Shown piece by piece: positions 15,741 through 25,433 of a stretch of DNA of 32,404 nt. A model generated the notes under the pieces. The model was not told the origin of the DNA. It did no database searches and saw only the letters and a list, made by a program, of their open reading frames with translations. The translations under genes and the position numbers were made by a program. Each line of letters begins with the position of its first letter. The first letter of the stretch is position 1. This DNA comes from a virus (lineage: Duplodnaviria > Caudoviricetes): IMG/VR virus record IMGVR_UViG_3300050147_000051, positions 1 to 32,404 of that record. The stretch is one strand, 5' to 3'.

Positions 15741-16772
15741 TTATACCCCGTAAATAACATTAGAAGCTTGACGTGCTACATGAACAGCCCAAGCGTTTAC
15801 ATTTCTAAAGTATTTAACGTCAGAACCATTTGCGTATTCTCCAACTTCCATTGTATTATCATCAGAAGCTAAATCCATCTCTACTGATAAAGAGTTGTTA
15901 GGTGTTCCAAAAACAACATTTTCAGGTAATTGTACAAAATTAATTGTCAAACCATTATAACTCATTTCTCCATTTTCCCAAAGGAAATTTTTATTTGATG
16001 CAGCACCAACTGAGTTATTAGCAATCATCATAAATGCTTTATGTGATAATGGTGCATTTAAGATATAAGGGTTAATAGTATTCTCTCTATCAACTGCTGG
16101 TATAGCAGCGTATATTTTTGCGTATTCAGCAGCAATATTACTCGCATCAATTGTAGTTCCTAAAACTTTTATAAAAGTTCCCAATCCAGCTGTTTTACTT
16201 GCGTTACTTGAATTATACAAAGCCGTTGCCAACCATCCATCTCTTAATGTTGGAGTTAATGCAGCTACTTTTGTTTTTCCAGCAGCAGAAATAGAACCCT
16301 GTGCATTGTTAGCAGTTAAAGCAGCAATTGCAGTTTGTGTAGCTGCTGTAATTCCTTGCCATCTTTGTTTAGTAGCATTGTTTTCAACTCTTGCTCCTAA
16401 TTGCGAAGTCGCTAATTGTACAAATCTTGAACTATCAATATTCATAGCTCCAGCACTCATATCTTCAGCAAAAGGTGTATCTCTTAAAGTATCTTGTAAA
16501 ATATCAATTTTAGTTTCACCTTTAACTAAATTAATTTGATAGTCAAATAAATTGAAGCCACCATCAGCAGTAAGAGCTTGACCTGTATAGGCTTGTTCTG
16601 TTGCTGTTGTAGATGTTTCAGTTTTTACCATTCCGTGTTTAGTACCTGTATTAAGTACTACGTGACCTTTTGCAATTGAAGTGTCTTTATATAGCAATTC
16701 TAATGCTAATTCTTCAATTTGTTTTCCTCTTACTACAACCTTACCCGTGTAGTCTAATCCTGTGTTTGCCAT
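15741..16772 (-). CDS. Major capsid protein (343 aa)
   Basis: Directly follows the protease-scaffold gene; typical size, Ala/Thr-rich, followed by a terminator. Confidence 0.75.
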   Translation of the reverse strand: MANTGLDYTGKVVVRGKQIEELALELLYKDTSIAKGHVVLNTGTKHGMVKTETSTTATEQAYTGQALTADGGFNLFDYQINLVKGETKIDILQDTLRDTPFAEDMSAGAMNIDSSRFVQLATSQLGARVENNATKQRWQGITAATQTAIAALTANNAQGSISAAGKTKVAALTPTLRDGWLATALYNSSNASKTAGLGTFIKVLGTTIDASNIAAEYAKIYAAIPAVDRENTINPYILNAPLSHKAFMMIANNSVGAASNKNFLWENGEMSYNGLTINFVQLPENVVFGTPNNSLSVEMDLASDDNTMEVGEYANGSDVKYFRNVNAWAVHVARQASNVIYGV

Positions 16773-16778
16773 AGCTTA

Positions 16779-17699
16779 TTAGTTAGTTTTGTGTTGTTTT
16801 TTAAATTTTTCTAATCTTATTTCTTCCTGTGTCATTGCTTTTTCAGTAGGAACATTTTTTACCATTTTCACTTCAACAATTTCTCCTTTTAATTTTTCAA
16901 TCTCGGTAGTCATTGTAGTTAGTGATGTTTCCGATTTTACTTTCTCTGCTTTTAAACTTGCGTTTTCAGCTTTTAATGCTTCATTTTCAGAAGTTAAGTT
17001 ATCAATTTGCATTTGCAAATCCTCAACATCAACTGCTGGCTCTGCATTTTCTTCTGCTAATGGTCCGCCTTCTTTTGCTGCTTCTGCTGCAATTTCCTCA
17101 GGTGTTTTAGCTGGTGGTGTTTCAACTGCAAAAAACGCCTTAAGCGTGTCCCACAAAGTTTGCGGGTTTTTTTCTGTATTCATATTAATTGTGTTTGTGG
17201 TTACTTCTTCAATTTTGGTAAAACCCTCGATACTTAATCCGTCAAGTTTACCTTCTTTAACATCATTCCAAATAGCATCGTTCTCAATTTTAAAACCCAT
17301 TACTAAAGAACCATTTGGAGCGTTTAATCCTAATTCTTTTGATTTGTCAACTTCGCTATTAGCAACTATCCAACTTTCAAAAGGGAATACACCATCTGTA
17401 TTAAATTGAGCGTGATTAATATTAGTTGATAAATCTTGTTTTCTAAAATATTGTTGTTGAAAATCTTCAATAGCTTGTTCATCATAAAACACTTGTGCTG
17501 GTTCGCCATTAATATCTTTGCGAAATATTAACTTATTAGGAATCATTGCGACTGAATAAACTACTCTCTTTTCATCATTAGCAAAGTATAGTTTTTCTTC
17601 TTGCTCAGCATTGAATTTTAAAAGCGTTTCCTCAATAGCTGGGTCTTTTACCAAGCTTACTTTGTGACCTCCTTTAAATGTGATTTTATATGTTTTCAT
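16779..17699 (-). CDS. Prohead protease (XkdF-like) fused to a scaffold coiled coil (306 aa)
   Basis: VSLVKDPAIE, AMIPNKLIFR, NINH, FESW and DGLSIEG motifs; acidic coiled-coil C-terminus. Confidence 0.85.
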   Translation of the reverse strand: MKTYKITFKGGHKVSLVKDPAIEETLLKFNAEQEEKLYFANDEKRVVYSVAMIPNKLIFRKDINGEPAQVFYDEQAIEDFQQQYFRKQDLSTNINHAQFNTDGVFPFESWIVANSEVDKSKELGLNAPNGSLVMGFKIENDAIWNDVKEGKLDGLSIEGFTKIEEVTTNTINMNTEKNPQTLWDTLKAFFAVETPPAKTPEEIAAEAAKEGGPLAEENAEPAVDVEDLQMQIDNLTSENEALKAENASLKAEKVKSETSLTTMTTEIEKLKGEIVEVKMVKNVPTEKAMTQEEIRLEKFKKQHKTN

Positions 17700-17833
17700 A
17701 ACTTTGAAATTCTTATTTTATAAACAAAATTTTTAACCTCATATAAATTGATGCATAGCCCTATTTTTAAAAAAAAATATCCTAATATTTGTATTAACTT
17801 ATTATTCACTATTAACTCTGTTTTTGTTTTCAT
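17696..17833 (-). CDS. Small hypothetical protein (45 aa)
   Basis: Translated by hand; ATGA overlap with the protease gene. Confidence 0.45.
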   Translation of the reverse strand: MKTKTELIVNNKLIQILGYFFLKIGLCINLYEVKNFVYKIRISKL

Positions 17834-17846
17834 TTTTTTTTAACGT

Positions 17847-17883
17847 AAAAAATCCTTAACCGAAATTAATCGATTAAGGATTT
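17847..17883 (-). terminator. Terminator or attenuator in the head-gene leader
   Basis: Minus strand reads AAATCCTTAATCGA-TTAATT-TCGGTTAAGGATTT followed by TTT. Confidence 0.7.
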
Positions 17884-17954
17884 GATTTGTACTTGTGTTG
17901 TTTTCACGTTCATTTTTTGATTGGTATAGTGAGTCTTCACACTATTTAATTCTA

Positions 17955-17962
17955 CAAATATA
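17955..17962 (-). promoter_or_regulatory. TAnnTTTG promoter upstream of the head genes
   Basis: TATATTTG in the intergenic gap. Confidence 0.6.
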
Positions 17963-18002
17963 TTAATTATTTTTAATTAATCTAAATAAAATTATATTTT
18001 TT

Positions 18003-20051
18003 TTATCCTCCAATTGAATTTTCTGAAACCGCTTTATTATGCAGTAATAAACCTGTTGAAACTTCGCCCATTGTAACGTATGCTTTTATCGGCGGTTGCT
18101 CATTTAATTTTCCTCCTAAACTTGTAGCGATTTGATTTTCTTTACTTGTTTGAAAAGACATTTGAGGCGTTGCGCTTGAAGCATTTGTAACACCGCTACC
18201 TGCACTTGGTGCACTTCCACCTCCCAATGCTTGTAATGCTTTATTTGTATTAGAAACTATTGATGTTGCCCCTAAAACCCCTTGAGCAATATGTACCCCT
18301 GACCACGGCATACCAAAAGTCAAAGGACTTGCAGTATTATCTTTAGAAACTTGTTCAACTGTATTTACAGCTAATTTACCCAAAGCAACGCCACTTTCAG
18401 CAATTATAATTCCTTTTTGTATATTTTTATTCTTACCAAAAATATCTTTTGCAACAGATAATCCTTGTTCTGCTAATCCTAAAGTAGCTTCTTGAATAGC
18501 TTTCTTTTGTTCTAATTTATTTTTTTCAATTTCTAATTCTTTATCCGATTTTGTTTTTTTATTATCAATATCAATTTGTTGATATTTTAAATTAACATCA
18601 TTCAACTCATTTAATTGCGCTATTTCTAATTCAGAAATATCTAATCCATGTTGTTTTGCTAATTCAATTTTCTCAAAATACTTATCTTTTATTTGCCGTA
18701 ATTCTACTTCTTTTGCGCTAAGTCCTCTATTTATATTGTCCTCTGTAGCTTTATCAATATCATTTCTTGAATTATTAAAAGAGTCTTCATCTATTTTCTT
18801 TTTAGACTTTAATAATTGCCTATATGCTTTTAATTCCTCTTCGTCTGATTTCTTTCTTTCTTCTGCATCTTTTTTATTTATTTCTCTTACGCTTAATAAA
18901 TAACCTGCTCTGTCATTTTTTAATTTATCTAATGCGTCTTGACTTTCTTTAACTACTTTGTCACCATCGCTTTTAGTTTTCTCAGGGTCGAAACCTAATT
19001 TAGTTAAGTAATCACTTGCTTTATCTCCTAACGCTTCGTCAAGTCTTCCTTTAATCTTAACGCCAGGAATTTTATTTAATAAATCAATAATTCCATTAAT
19101 AGATTCAGCACCTGTTTTGTATAAGAATCTTAAAGGTGTTGAAACAAAATCAATGTAAGACTTAAGCATCTCGTAGTTTCTCTTTGCTCCGTCTACTGCT
19201 AACTTATTAGTTTGTATTTGGTTTTTCTGATTTATCTCAGTAGCTTGTATAGCCTCATCGGTTTGCTTAACTTTAATTGCTAATATTTCCTTTTCGCTTT
19301 TACCTTGAAGTTTTAAAATATTATCTTGACTTCCTAACGCTTTTAATTTTTCATTTTCAGCATTTACATTTTCTTGTGATAATGCGTTTAGCTTTTTTTG
19401 TTCAGCACTTACGCCACTAACAGCTTCTTTAATGTCATCCCAATAAGTATAAATAGCACCTAAAGCTATTACAAGTAATCCTATTCCTGTGCTTCCAATA
19501 GCTGATTTAATTCCTTTAAACGCATCAATAGCTGTCGTTTTTAATACTTGGAATTGGTCACCTAACTCGCTTAAACCGCTTAACGCTTGACCGAAAGCCA
19601 TTGCTGATTGAACTTTTAAAAGTGTTTTAGCGGTATCTTCTGATTGGTCACCAAATAAAGCCATTCCGCTTACTACTCCAGTCATTGCAGTACCAGCTAA
19701 TGATGTAGCAGCGGTTAATGCTTTCATCTTTTGGTCAGGATTGAACTTGTCTACTAAATCCTTTGCAAAAGCCATTTGGTCTTTTAACTCCGCTACTTTT
19801 TTAGCTGCTTTAACCGCTTCTTGTGACGTTTCTCCGTAAGTTTGCGATACTTTTAATAACTCCTGATTAGCTTGGCGTAATTGAGTTTTAAAAGATGACA
19901 TCGATTGCTCGTTTTTCTTTGTCGAAGCCGTGTTTTTATCCTGAGAATCGGTTACATTATCAACAGAATTTGCTAAAACTTCTACTTCTTTTGCAGTAGT
20001 TTCAGCGTTTGTGTTATAATTTAGCTCAATATTCTGTCTAATATCTTCCAT
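18003..20051 (-). CDS. Tape measure protein (682 aa)
   Basis: Long helical, Ala/Lys/Glu-rich protein with KVQSAMAFGQAL and GSTGIGLLVIALGAIYTYWDDIK segments. Confidence 0.85.
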   Translation of the reverse strand: MEDIRQNIELNYNTNAETTAKEVEVLANSVDNVTDSQDKNTASTKKNEQSMSSFKTQLRQANQELLKVSQTYGETSQEAVKAAKKVAELKDQMAFAKDLVDKFNPDQKMKALTAATSLAGTAMTGVVSGMALFGDQSEDTAKTLLKVQSAMAFGQALSGLSELGDQFQVLKTTAIDAFKGIKSAIGSTGIGLLVIALGAIYTYWDDIKEAVSGVSAEQKKLNALSQENVNAENEKLKALGSQDNILKLQGKSEKEILAIKVKQTDEAIQATEINQKNQIQTNKLAVDGAKRNYEMLKSYIDFVSTPLRFLYKTGAESINGIIDLLNKIPGVKIKGRLDEALGDKASDYLTKLGFDPEKTKSDGDKVVKESQDALDKLKNDRAGYLLSVREINKKDAEERKKSDEEELKAYRQLLKSKKKIDEDSFNNSRNDIDKATEDNINRGLSAKEVELRQIKDKYFEKIELAKQHGLDISELEIAQLNELNDVNLKYQQIDIDNKKTKSDKELEIEKNKLEQKKAIQEATLGLAEQGLSVAKDIFGKNKNIQKGIIIAESGVALGKLAVNTVEQVSKDNTASPLTFGMPWSGVHIAQGVLGATSIVSNTNKALQALGGGSAPSAGSGVTNASSATPQMSFQTSKENQIATSLGGKLNEQPPIKAYVTMGEVSTGLLLHNKAVSENSIGG

Positions 20052-20054
20052 TTA

Positions 20055-22265
20055 TTAGTAATTTAGTAGTGTTATTTTTGTTTTTCCTGTTGTTTTGTCG
20101 ATTTGAGCATCTAAGATTGTGAATCTATTTTCCATTATTATAACATCATTCTGTAATCTAAATCCTGTCGGTGTAGTATTTTGCGTAAATTCGTTTAAAT
20201 ACATTTCGTTTGTTGGTAAATTAAGTGTAAAACTTTGAGCCATTACATTAGGGTCGATTAATCTTTCGAGTTGCTTTTGATAATACATACTATAAAGATT
20301 ATTTGGATAGGTATTGCCCTCGAAAACAAGTATTGAAAACCCTAAACTATCTCCATTATTTTGTATTAAAAATGGTAATGTTAATTGATAAGTGCTTTTC
20401 GATATTACTACTGGCGCAGTCGAACCCGATTGAAATAAATAATATTCTGTTAATGTTTGAATACCATTATTATAGAATATTGTAGGCTCATCATAATTTG
20501 GTTTATATCTGCTTTCTCCAGAACCTCCAATACTTGGTGCATCGCTTGTAAATCCGTATGCGCTTAAAAAATCAGTAGTTCCCTCAATTGTTACTGGTGG
20601 TATAATACTAAATCCTGTTTCTATTTTAAATTCTTTTGCTTCTGCTGGTTTAACCTCAGGGAAATATATCTGTCCATATTCGCTTCCGTAAATTCTTTTA
20701 TAATCAACATTACTTCTATACTTCGATGTAACGTGTTTTAAGTTGTAATAATTGTATTGTTCTACACTTGCTTTTGAGTGTTCTTTAATATCGACGTATG
20801 GTGTGTAATCTACTTCTAACTTTGAGTATACTTGGTCGGTTTCTTCAATATTAGCTGGTGTAAGAAAAAACAAATTATCATTATCTGGAGAACTATCGTA
20901 TATTGCTAAATTGAAAGTTTTAATTAACGATGTAAGAAAGTCAAGTACTTTCATATTTGGCAACGCTTTGAACACATTTATTGTAGCAAATGAATTGTTT
21001 GATGCAAAATAAGTATTACCATTTTCATATTGATAAAAGTCAAAATAATATCTTTGAAAACCAAATGAGAATTCAGTTTTTTCATATTTAAAAGATAAAT
21101 TTGTTCTAGTATATTCAAATGTTACAGGATTAGAAAATTGCAAATAAACATAAAATTCTAATTCATTACCTACAAAAAAATCATCCTGTATTTTTATTTG
21201 TCCTTTAAAATTACCCTCGCTATAATCTTGTGTAGTTGAGGTTATAAGTTCACCTGTTGTTTTTGATACTAATAATATATCTAATTTATTTTCGCCTGTA
21301 CTTGAAACGTTATATAAGTTTTGAAAGTTAATATTAAATTCGCAATAAGGATAAATAGTCCAATATATATCTGTAATACTATTCTTTATTATTTTATAAG
21401 CGTTTAACGATTGAGTTATTGAGTATTTTCTTTCTGATGTAGCACTTGAAATAGGTTGGTTACCACCATTCCCAACTACAATTGAATAAGCAGTAAGCAT
21501 ACTATTATCGCACTTTAATTTTATTTGCGAAGTTTTGTTTATAATTTCAGTATTACACCACATAAACGCCTTAGCAAACTCAGATCTTTGCGCTATTGGT
21601 AATTCAATAAGTAGGTTGTATTTCTTTTTAATAAACTCTAATATTGAATTTAAGTTTACTGCTGGTCTTAATTCACTTGAATTTATATATCCTGTACTAC
21701 CTACTATAATATTATCTAATGCAACTGGATTACTATTGTATTGCCAAACTCTATTATTAGATATTAAAGGAACGTATACCTTTGTTTGAACACCATCGAA
21801 AGTATATGTTTCAGTACTACTTATTAAATCAGAAACGTGGTCACGTGTCCATTGAATTAATGCGGTATCGGTTAAATCCTGTATCGTTTCATCCCCTAGC
21901 TTATCTTTTAAATTAGTTACTGACGTGGCGAATGAAGCCAAAAACGATTGTGCTTTATTATTTTCGTATTTAACTGATTTTAATTTCAGAAATCCAAAAG
22001 AATCTAATTGACCACCTACATATATTTTGCAGTAATATTTAGAATCGGTTTTAATTTTAATAACATCCGTATCGCCATAAAATCCTAAATATTTACGATT
22101 ATTATTTGATGCTTCAAAAGTGAAATCTTGAGAGTAAGGAGCGAAAACTTTTGTAATATCGTTTAAGTCCTTACTTGCGTATTTCATTACAATAGTTTCG
22201 TCTTTGTACAAATCGAGTTGATTGTAAGTAAGTCCGTCAAGTGAAACATATACATCGGTTTTCAT
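20055..22265 (-). CDS. Minor tail or baseplate hub-like protein (736 aa)
   Basis: N-terminal LDLYKDETI...DITKVFAPYSQDFT pattern; adjacent to the tape measure gene. Confidence 0.65.
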   Translation of the reverse strand: MKTDVYVSLDGLTYNQLDLYKDETIVMKYASKDLNDITKVFAPYSQDFTFEASNNNRKYLGFYGDTDVIKIKTDSKYYCKIYVGGQLDSFGFLKLKSVKYENNKAQSFLASFATSVTNLKDKLGDETIQDLTDTALIQWTRDHVSDLISSTETYTFDGVQTKVYVPLISNNRVWQYNSNPVALDNIIVGSTGYINSSELRPAVNLNSILEFIKKKYNLLIELPIAQRSEFAKAFMWCNTEIINKTSQIKLKCDNSMLTAYSIVVGNGGNQPISSATSERKYSITQSLNAYKIIKNSITDIYWTIYPYCEFNINFQNLYNVSSTGENKLDILLVSKTTGELITSTTQDYSEGNFKGQIKIQDDFFVGNELEFYVYLQFSNPVTFEYTRTNLSFKYEKTEFSFGFQRYYFDFYQYENGNTYFASNNSFATINVFKALPNMKVLDFLTSLIKTFNLAIYDSSPDNDNLFFLTPANIEETDQVYSKLEVDYTPYVDIKEHSKASVEQYNYYNLKHVTSKYRSNVDYKRIYGSEYGQIYFPEVKPAEAKEFKIETGFSIIPPVTIEGTTDFLSAYGFTSDAPSIGGSGESRYKPNYDEPTIFYNNGIQTLTEYYLFQSGSTAPVVISKSTYQLTLPFLIQNNGDSLGFSILVFEGNTYPNNLYSMYYQKQLERLIDPNVMAQSFTLNLPTNEMYLNEFTQNTTPTGFRLQNDVIIMENRFTILDAQIDKTTGKTKITLLNY

Positions 22266-23635
22266 TATAATATTTTATTTGAAGTTTCCTCTAATTTCAA
22301 AGAGTAATTAATATCGGTCTTATTATTTAATCTTGTTTTTCTTATAAATTCAGCATCTGGAATATAAACAGGAATTTGTCTAAAAGTTTTATAAAAAGAT
22401 AAATAGTCATCTGTGACTGTTGTATTATCGATAGTAATTGTTTCGTCATCAATTGTAATATAGGTGTTATCAATTGTCAATCCTATTGTTGTTGTAGTTT
22501 GCAAATCGCCTTTAAATTCAATCAAATAAATCTTTTCAGAATATAGTATCTCCTCGTAAATCTGCACCATATCCTCGTTTAAGTTACCTGTGTTTATTTG
22601 GTATGTTTGTGGATTTTCTAATTTAGTACGCCCTTTATGGTGTTGATAACGATTGTCAACATTACTACTATCACGAAACGCTCTGTTTGAATATTCAGTA
22701 GTTATTTTAGTTGATACAATAGTTTTTCCAAAAGGTGTAAACATTGACCACAAACCACGCTTATCTAAATAAACAATTACATAAGGGTCACGGCTACATT
22801 TTAAATTAGTTGTAGGCGTATCACGTACCAATGTAATTATATTATTACTTGTAGCATCGGAAACGCTTTTAGTAAAGTCGAATGATTGATTAAAATAATT
22901 TGGTACTTTGTGGTTATAATATTTTTGTGCTACAACTCCGAAGCCTATACTACCGTTAGGATTAATACCATTACTACCTAACAACGATTGTTCATAGTTC
23001 CAACGATAACCAAGAGTTACGAAGTATGTAGTACTTTCAACAACTTCAATTCCTGTAGTTGATGAAATAGATAATTCATATTGGAAAAATACACCTTGAT
23101 TTACAATGGCGGGTAAATTCATTTCGTTATACGCAAATTGCGGATTAAGAAACGAGCGTAAATAGTCGTCTACTTGGAAGTCGATATAGTCATCTTGTAC
23201 TGAAACTTGTGCTTTGTATAATTTGAAATTTGGTAATCCTAAACTTCTATTTTGATTTCCTGACCACACCCAACATTTAATAAATGCAACTCTAATTGTA
23301 TTATCTTTTGCATTATTTTGTATCTTAAAATGAATAGGACTATTGCAAAATAATATACTATTAGGTGTATTAATTTCAGTTCGAGTTAGGTCATAGTCTT
23401 CTTTCCAAAGATTAGAGTAAACACCCTCGCTTTCTAAACGTAATCTTAACCAAATACCCGTAGTATATGTAAAACCACAACGTGGTGAATTAATAGAACC
23501 CGTGCTACTTGTCCACGTTACGCCATTATTTATACTTGTTTGTACTGTAACTGCATTAGGTGTCGGTGTTCCAATTATATCAAAATAAATACAGCCTGTT
23601 GCTCTGTCGTAATTAGTAATTGTAATAGTAGCCAT
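22265..23635 (-). CDS. Minor tail or structural protein (456 aa)
   Basis: In the tail module; contains YLDKRGLWSMF and NTG...E...ILYSEKIY. Confidence 0.6.
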   Translation of the reverse strand: MATITITNYDRATGCIYFDIIGTPTPNAVTVQTSINNGVTWTSSTGSINSPRCGFTYTTGIWLRLRLESEGVYSNLWKEDYDLTRTEINTPNSILFCNSPIHFKIQNNAKDNTIRVAFIKCWVWSGNQNRSLGLPNFKLYKAQVSVQDDYIDFQVDDYLRSFLNPQFAYNEMNLPAIVNQGVFFQYELSISSTTGIEVVESTTYFVTLGYRWNYEQSLLGSNGINPNGSIGFGVVAQKYYNHKVPNYFNQSFDFTKSVSDATSNNIITLVRDTPTTNLKCSRDPYVIVYLDKRGLWSMFTPFGKTIVSTKITTEYSNRAFRDSSNVDNRYQHHKGRTKLENPQTYQINTGNLNEDMVQIYEEILYSEKIYLIEFKGDLQTTTTIGLTIDNTYITIDDETITIDNTTVTDDYLSFYKTFRQIPVYIPDAEFIRKTRLNNKTDINYSLKLEETSNKIL

Positions 23636-23971
23636 TTATTTTTTTTGTTTGAAATGAGCGTTAATGATGTCGTTAATGTTCCCTATTATTATTTTTGTGG
23701 TATCTGGAATAAGTTTTTTCATTTCGATAAGTAGTGCATTCTTTTCTCCGCTTTCTTTTCCTTTCGGATAATTGTAAGCTCCGTAAAACATTTGATACAT
23801 TATTAATCTTGTATCGGGGTCAACACGTCCATTCATTTCATCTTGAAGTCTTCCTGTATCACGCCTTGAATTAGGTTGTGCAACATCGATTATCTTTTCT
23901 TTCAATATAAGAAGTTCCGCTTTAATAAGTCGGTCAACTTTTAACTGCTCTTTACTTCTTCTCTTTGCCAT
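23636..23971 (-). CDS. Neck or tail-completion protein, HK97 gp10-like (111 aa)
   Basis: Basic protein with RRDTGRLQDE and FYGAY. Confidence 0.55.
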   Translation of the reverse strand: MAKRRSKEQLKVDRLIKAELLILKEKIIDVAQPNSRRDTGRLQDEMNGRVDPDTRLIMYQMFYGAYNYPKGKESGEKNALLIEMKKLIPDTTKIIIGNINDIINAHFKQKK

Positions 23972-24341
23972 TTTTACGCTTTGCTTGAACTAATGCTATT
24001 AACTTCTTTACATTACTACTTGAATTTCTTAACGCTTGTGAAACTGCTACTCTTTGAGTTTTACGACCTTGTTTAGTTTTTCCGCTTTCGTATGTATCGC
24101 CTCCTAATTTTGTTAGTACAACTTTGTAAGGTACACCGCTCGGCATCATTTGGTTTGCGTACTTTTCAAGCTGTGAATTTTCATTCCATTGTCCGTAGTA
24201 TAATTGTCTAAAAGTTACCAATCCCTTAACATAAGTGAAAGCAATTGACTTCTTTAAAGAGCCTTGCTCAACGTGTGCTGTTGACTTTGCTTTATCAACA
24301 ATACTTTTAGCAATAGCAAATATTTCAACTTCACTTAACAA
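23952..24341 (-). CDS. Neck or tail-completion protein, HK97 gp10-like (129 aa)
   Basis: Basic protein with HVEQGSLKKSI and YYGQW. Confidence 0.5.
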   Translation of the reverse strand: MLSEVEIFAIAKSIVDKAKSTAHVEQGSLKKSIAFTYVKGLVTFRQLYYGQWNENSQLEKYANQMMPSGVPYKVVLTKLGGDTYESGKTKQGRKTQRVAVSQALRNSSSNVKKLIALVQAKRKNGKEKK

Positions 24342-24787
24342 CTTTTACCACTATTAGGGATTGACAAACTTACATTAAACTGAAATCCATCTAATGAATT
24401 ACGTGACCAATTTTTTAGAGGTTTTAATTTAGAAATTGAATCTAACTCGATATTATCGTCGTTGTTCTGTTCTGAAACTACATTAATAAACCTCGAAGCA
24501 ATAGAATGAGTTTCATTCATATTGTCAAGATAGTTCGTATCATTTAGTAATTTAGAATCAGTCTTAATAGTAGTAGTGTTTCTTTGCTGAACTATTGTAA
24601 TCTCGAAATCGCAAATAATAATATTATCTTCTATTGCTGTTGCTGTTAAGTCAGCATTTACCAAAGGATAAATATTTTCTTTATTATTATCCATTTCGAT
24701 AGTTGGTACAATAGAAATCGTATTAACTAATTCGTTTAAGTTGAATAAGTTAATAACATAATCGTAGACTTTGGTTATTTCGTTCAT
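24335..24787 (-). CDS. Putative tail terminator (150 aa)
   Basis: Acidic, contains IYPLVN...DG, adjacent to the neck genes; call is from synteny. Confidence 0.5.
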   Translation of the reverse strand: MNEITKVYDYVINLFNLNELVNTISIVPTIEMDNNKENIYPLVNADLTATAIEDNIIICDFEITIVQQRNTTTIKTDSKLLNDTNYLDNMNETHSIASRFINVVSEQNNDDNIELDSISKLKPLKNWSRNSLDGFQFNVSLSIPNSGKSC

Positions 24788-24823
24788 AATCTGTAACGTA
24801 TATCTTCATACGTTTGTATTTAA

Positions 24824-25171
24824 TTAATCTGATATAATAGCTCCGTTATTAAATATATGTAAAGCATCTTCAAGACCACTTAGTCTTCCTACTCCTTTTT
24901 TTGATAACAAACCATCTTCTTGTTGTGCTTTATATCTTAAAATAAGTCGTTTTAATTTTTCAATACTTTCGTCAATAGGTATGTTTAATACTATATTTTG
25001 TTCCAAATCTTCTTTTTGTTCTAAGAAATGAATTAGCTCTTTTTCTTTTAATTCATTTTCAGCAAATATTAAAAACTTTGAAATAATACCTATTATCTTT
25101 TCTTTTATAGGTATTTCTATTGTTTCTAAAATTTCTATATTTATACTTACTACTATTTTTCCTTTTTTCAT
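24824..25171 (-). CDS. Hypothetical protein (115 aa)
   Basis: AT-rich ORF inside the tail module. Confidence 0.65.
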   Translation of the reverse strand: MKKGKIVVSINIEILETIEIPIKEKIIGIISKFLIFAENELKEKELIHFLEQKEDLEQNIVLNIPIDESIEKLKRLILRYKAQQEDGLLSKKGVGRLSGLEDALHIFNNGAIISD

Positions 25172-25173
25172 AT

Positions 25174-25433
25174 CTATTTTATATTTTCAACAATTCTCTT
25201 TCTAATTAAATATTCGCCTTGAAATAAAAACTTATCTATATCCCAACTCCAAACCTCATTGTGTGTGTAATTGTATGTAGTGCAAAGTAAATATGTTATC
25301 TCAGCGTATATTCCATAATGTTGTACAAATTCCTTTCGCTCAACAGCACCTGACACATCACCCGAACTTGCTATTGGTGGTGGGTTGTAAATCCACTCGT
25401 ATCGGCTCTTAATATCTGTTGATACTTCGTAAA
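25174..25433 (-). CDS. Frameshifted extension of the putative tail assembly chaperone (gpGT-like)
   Basis: The -1 frame is open from 25464 to the stop at 25174 and has no ATG (only a GTG at 25356); a CTTTTT run lies at 25436-25431. Confidence 0.6.

Noticed and set aside
16789-17409. Plus-strand 206-aa ORF and the other plus-strand ORFs in the track
   Set aside because: They are antisense to well-supported minus-strand genes and have shadow-like composition.
24795-24814. Small palindrome AACGTAT...ATACGTT
   Set aside because: It is a single short AT-rich stem with no U tail, which is too little to assign a function.
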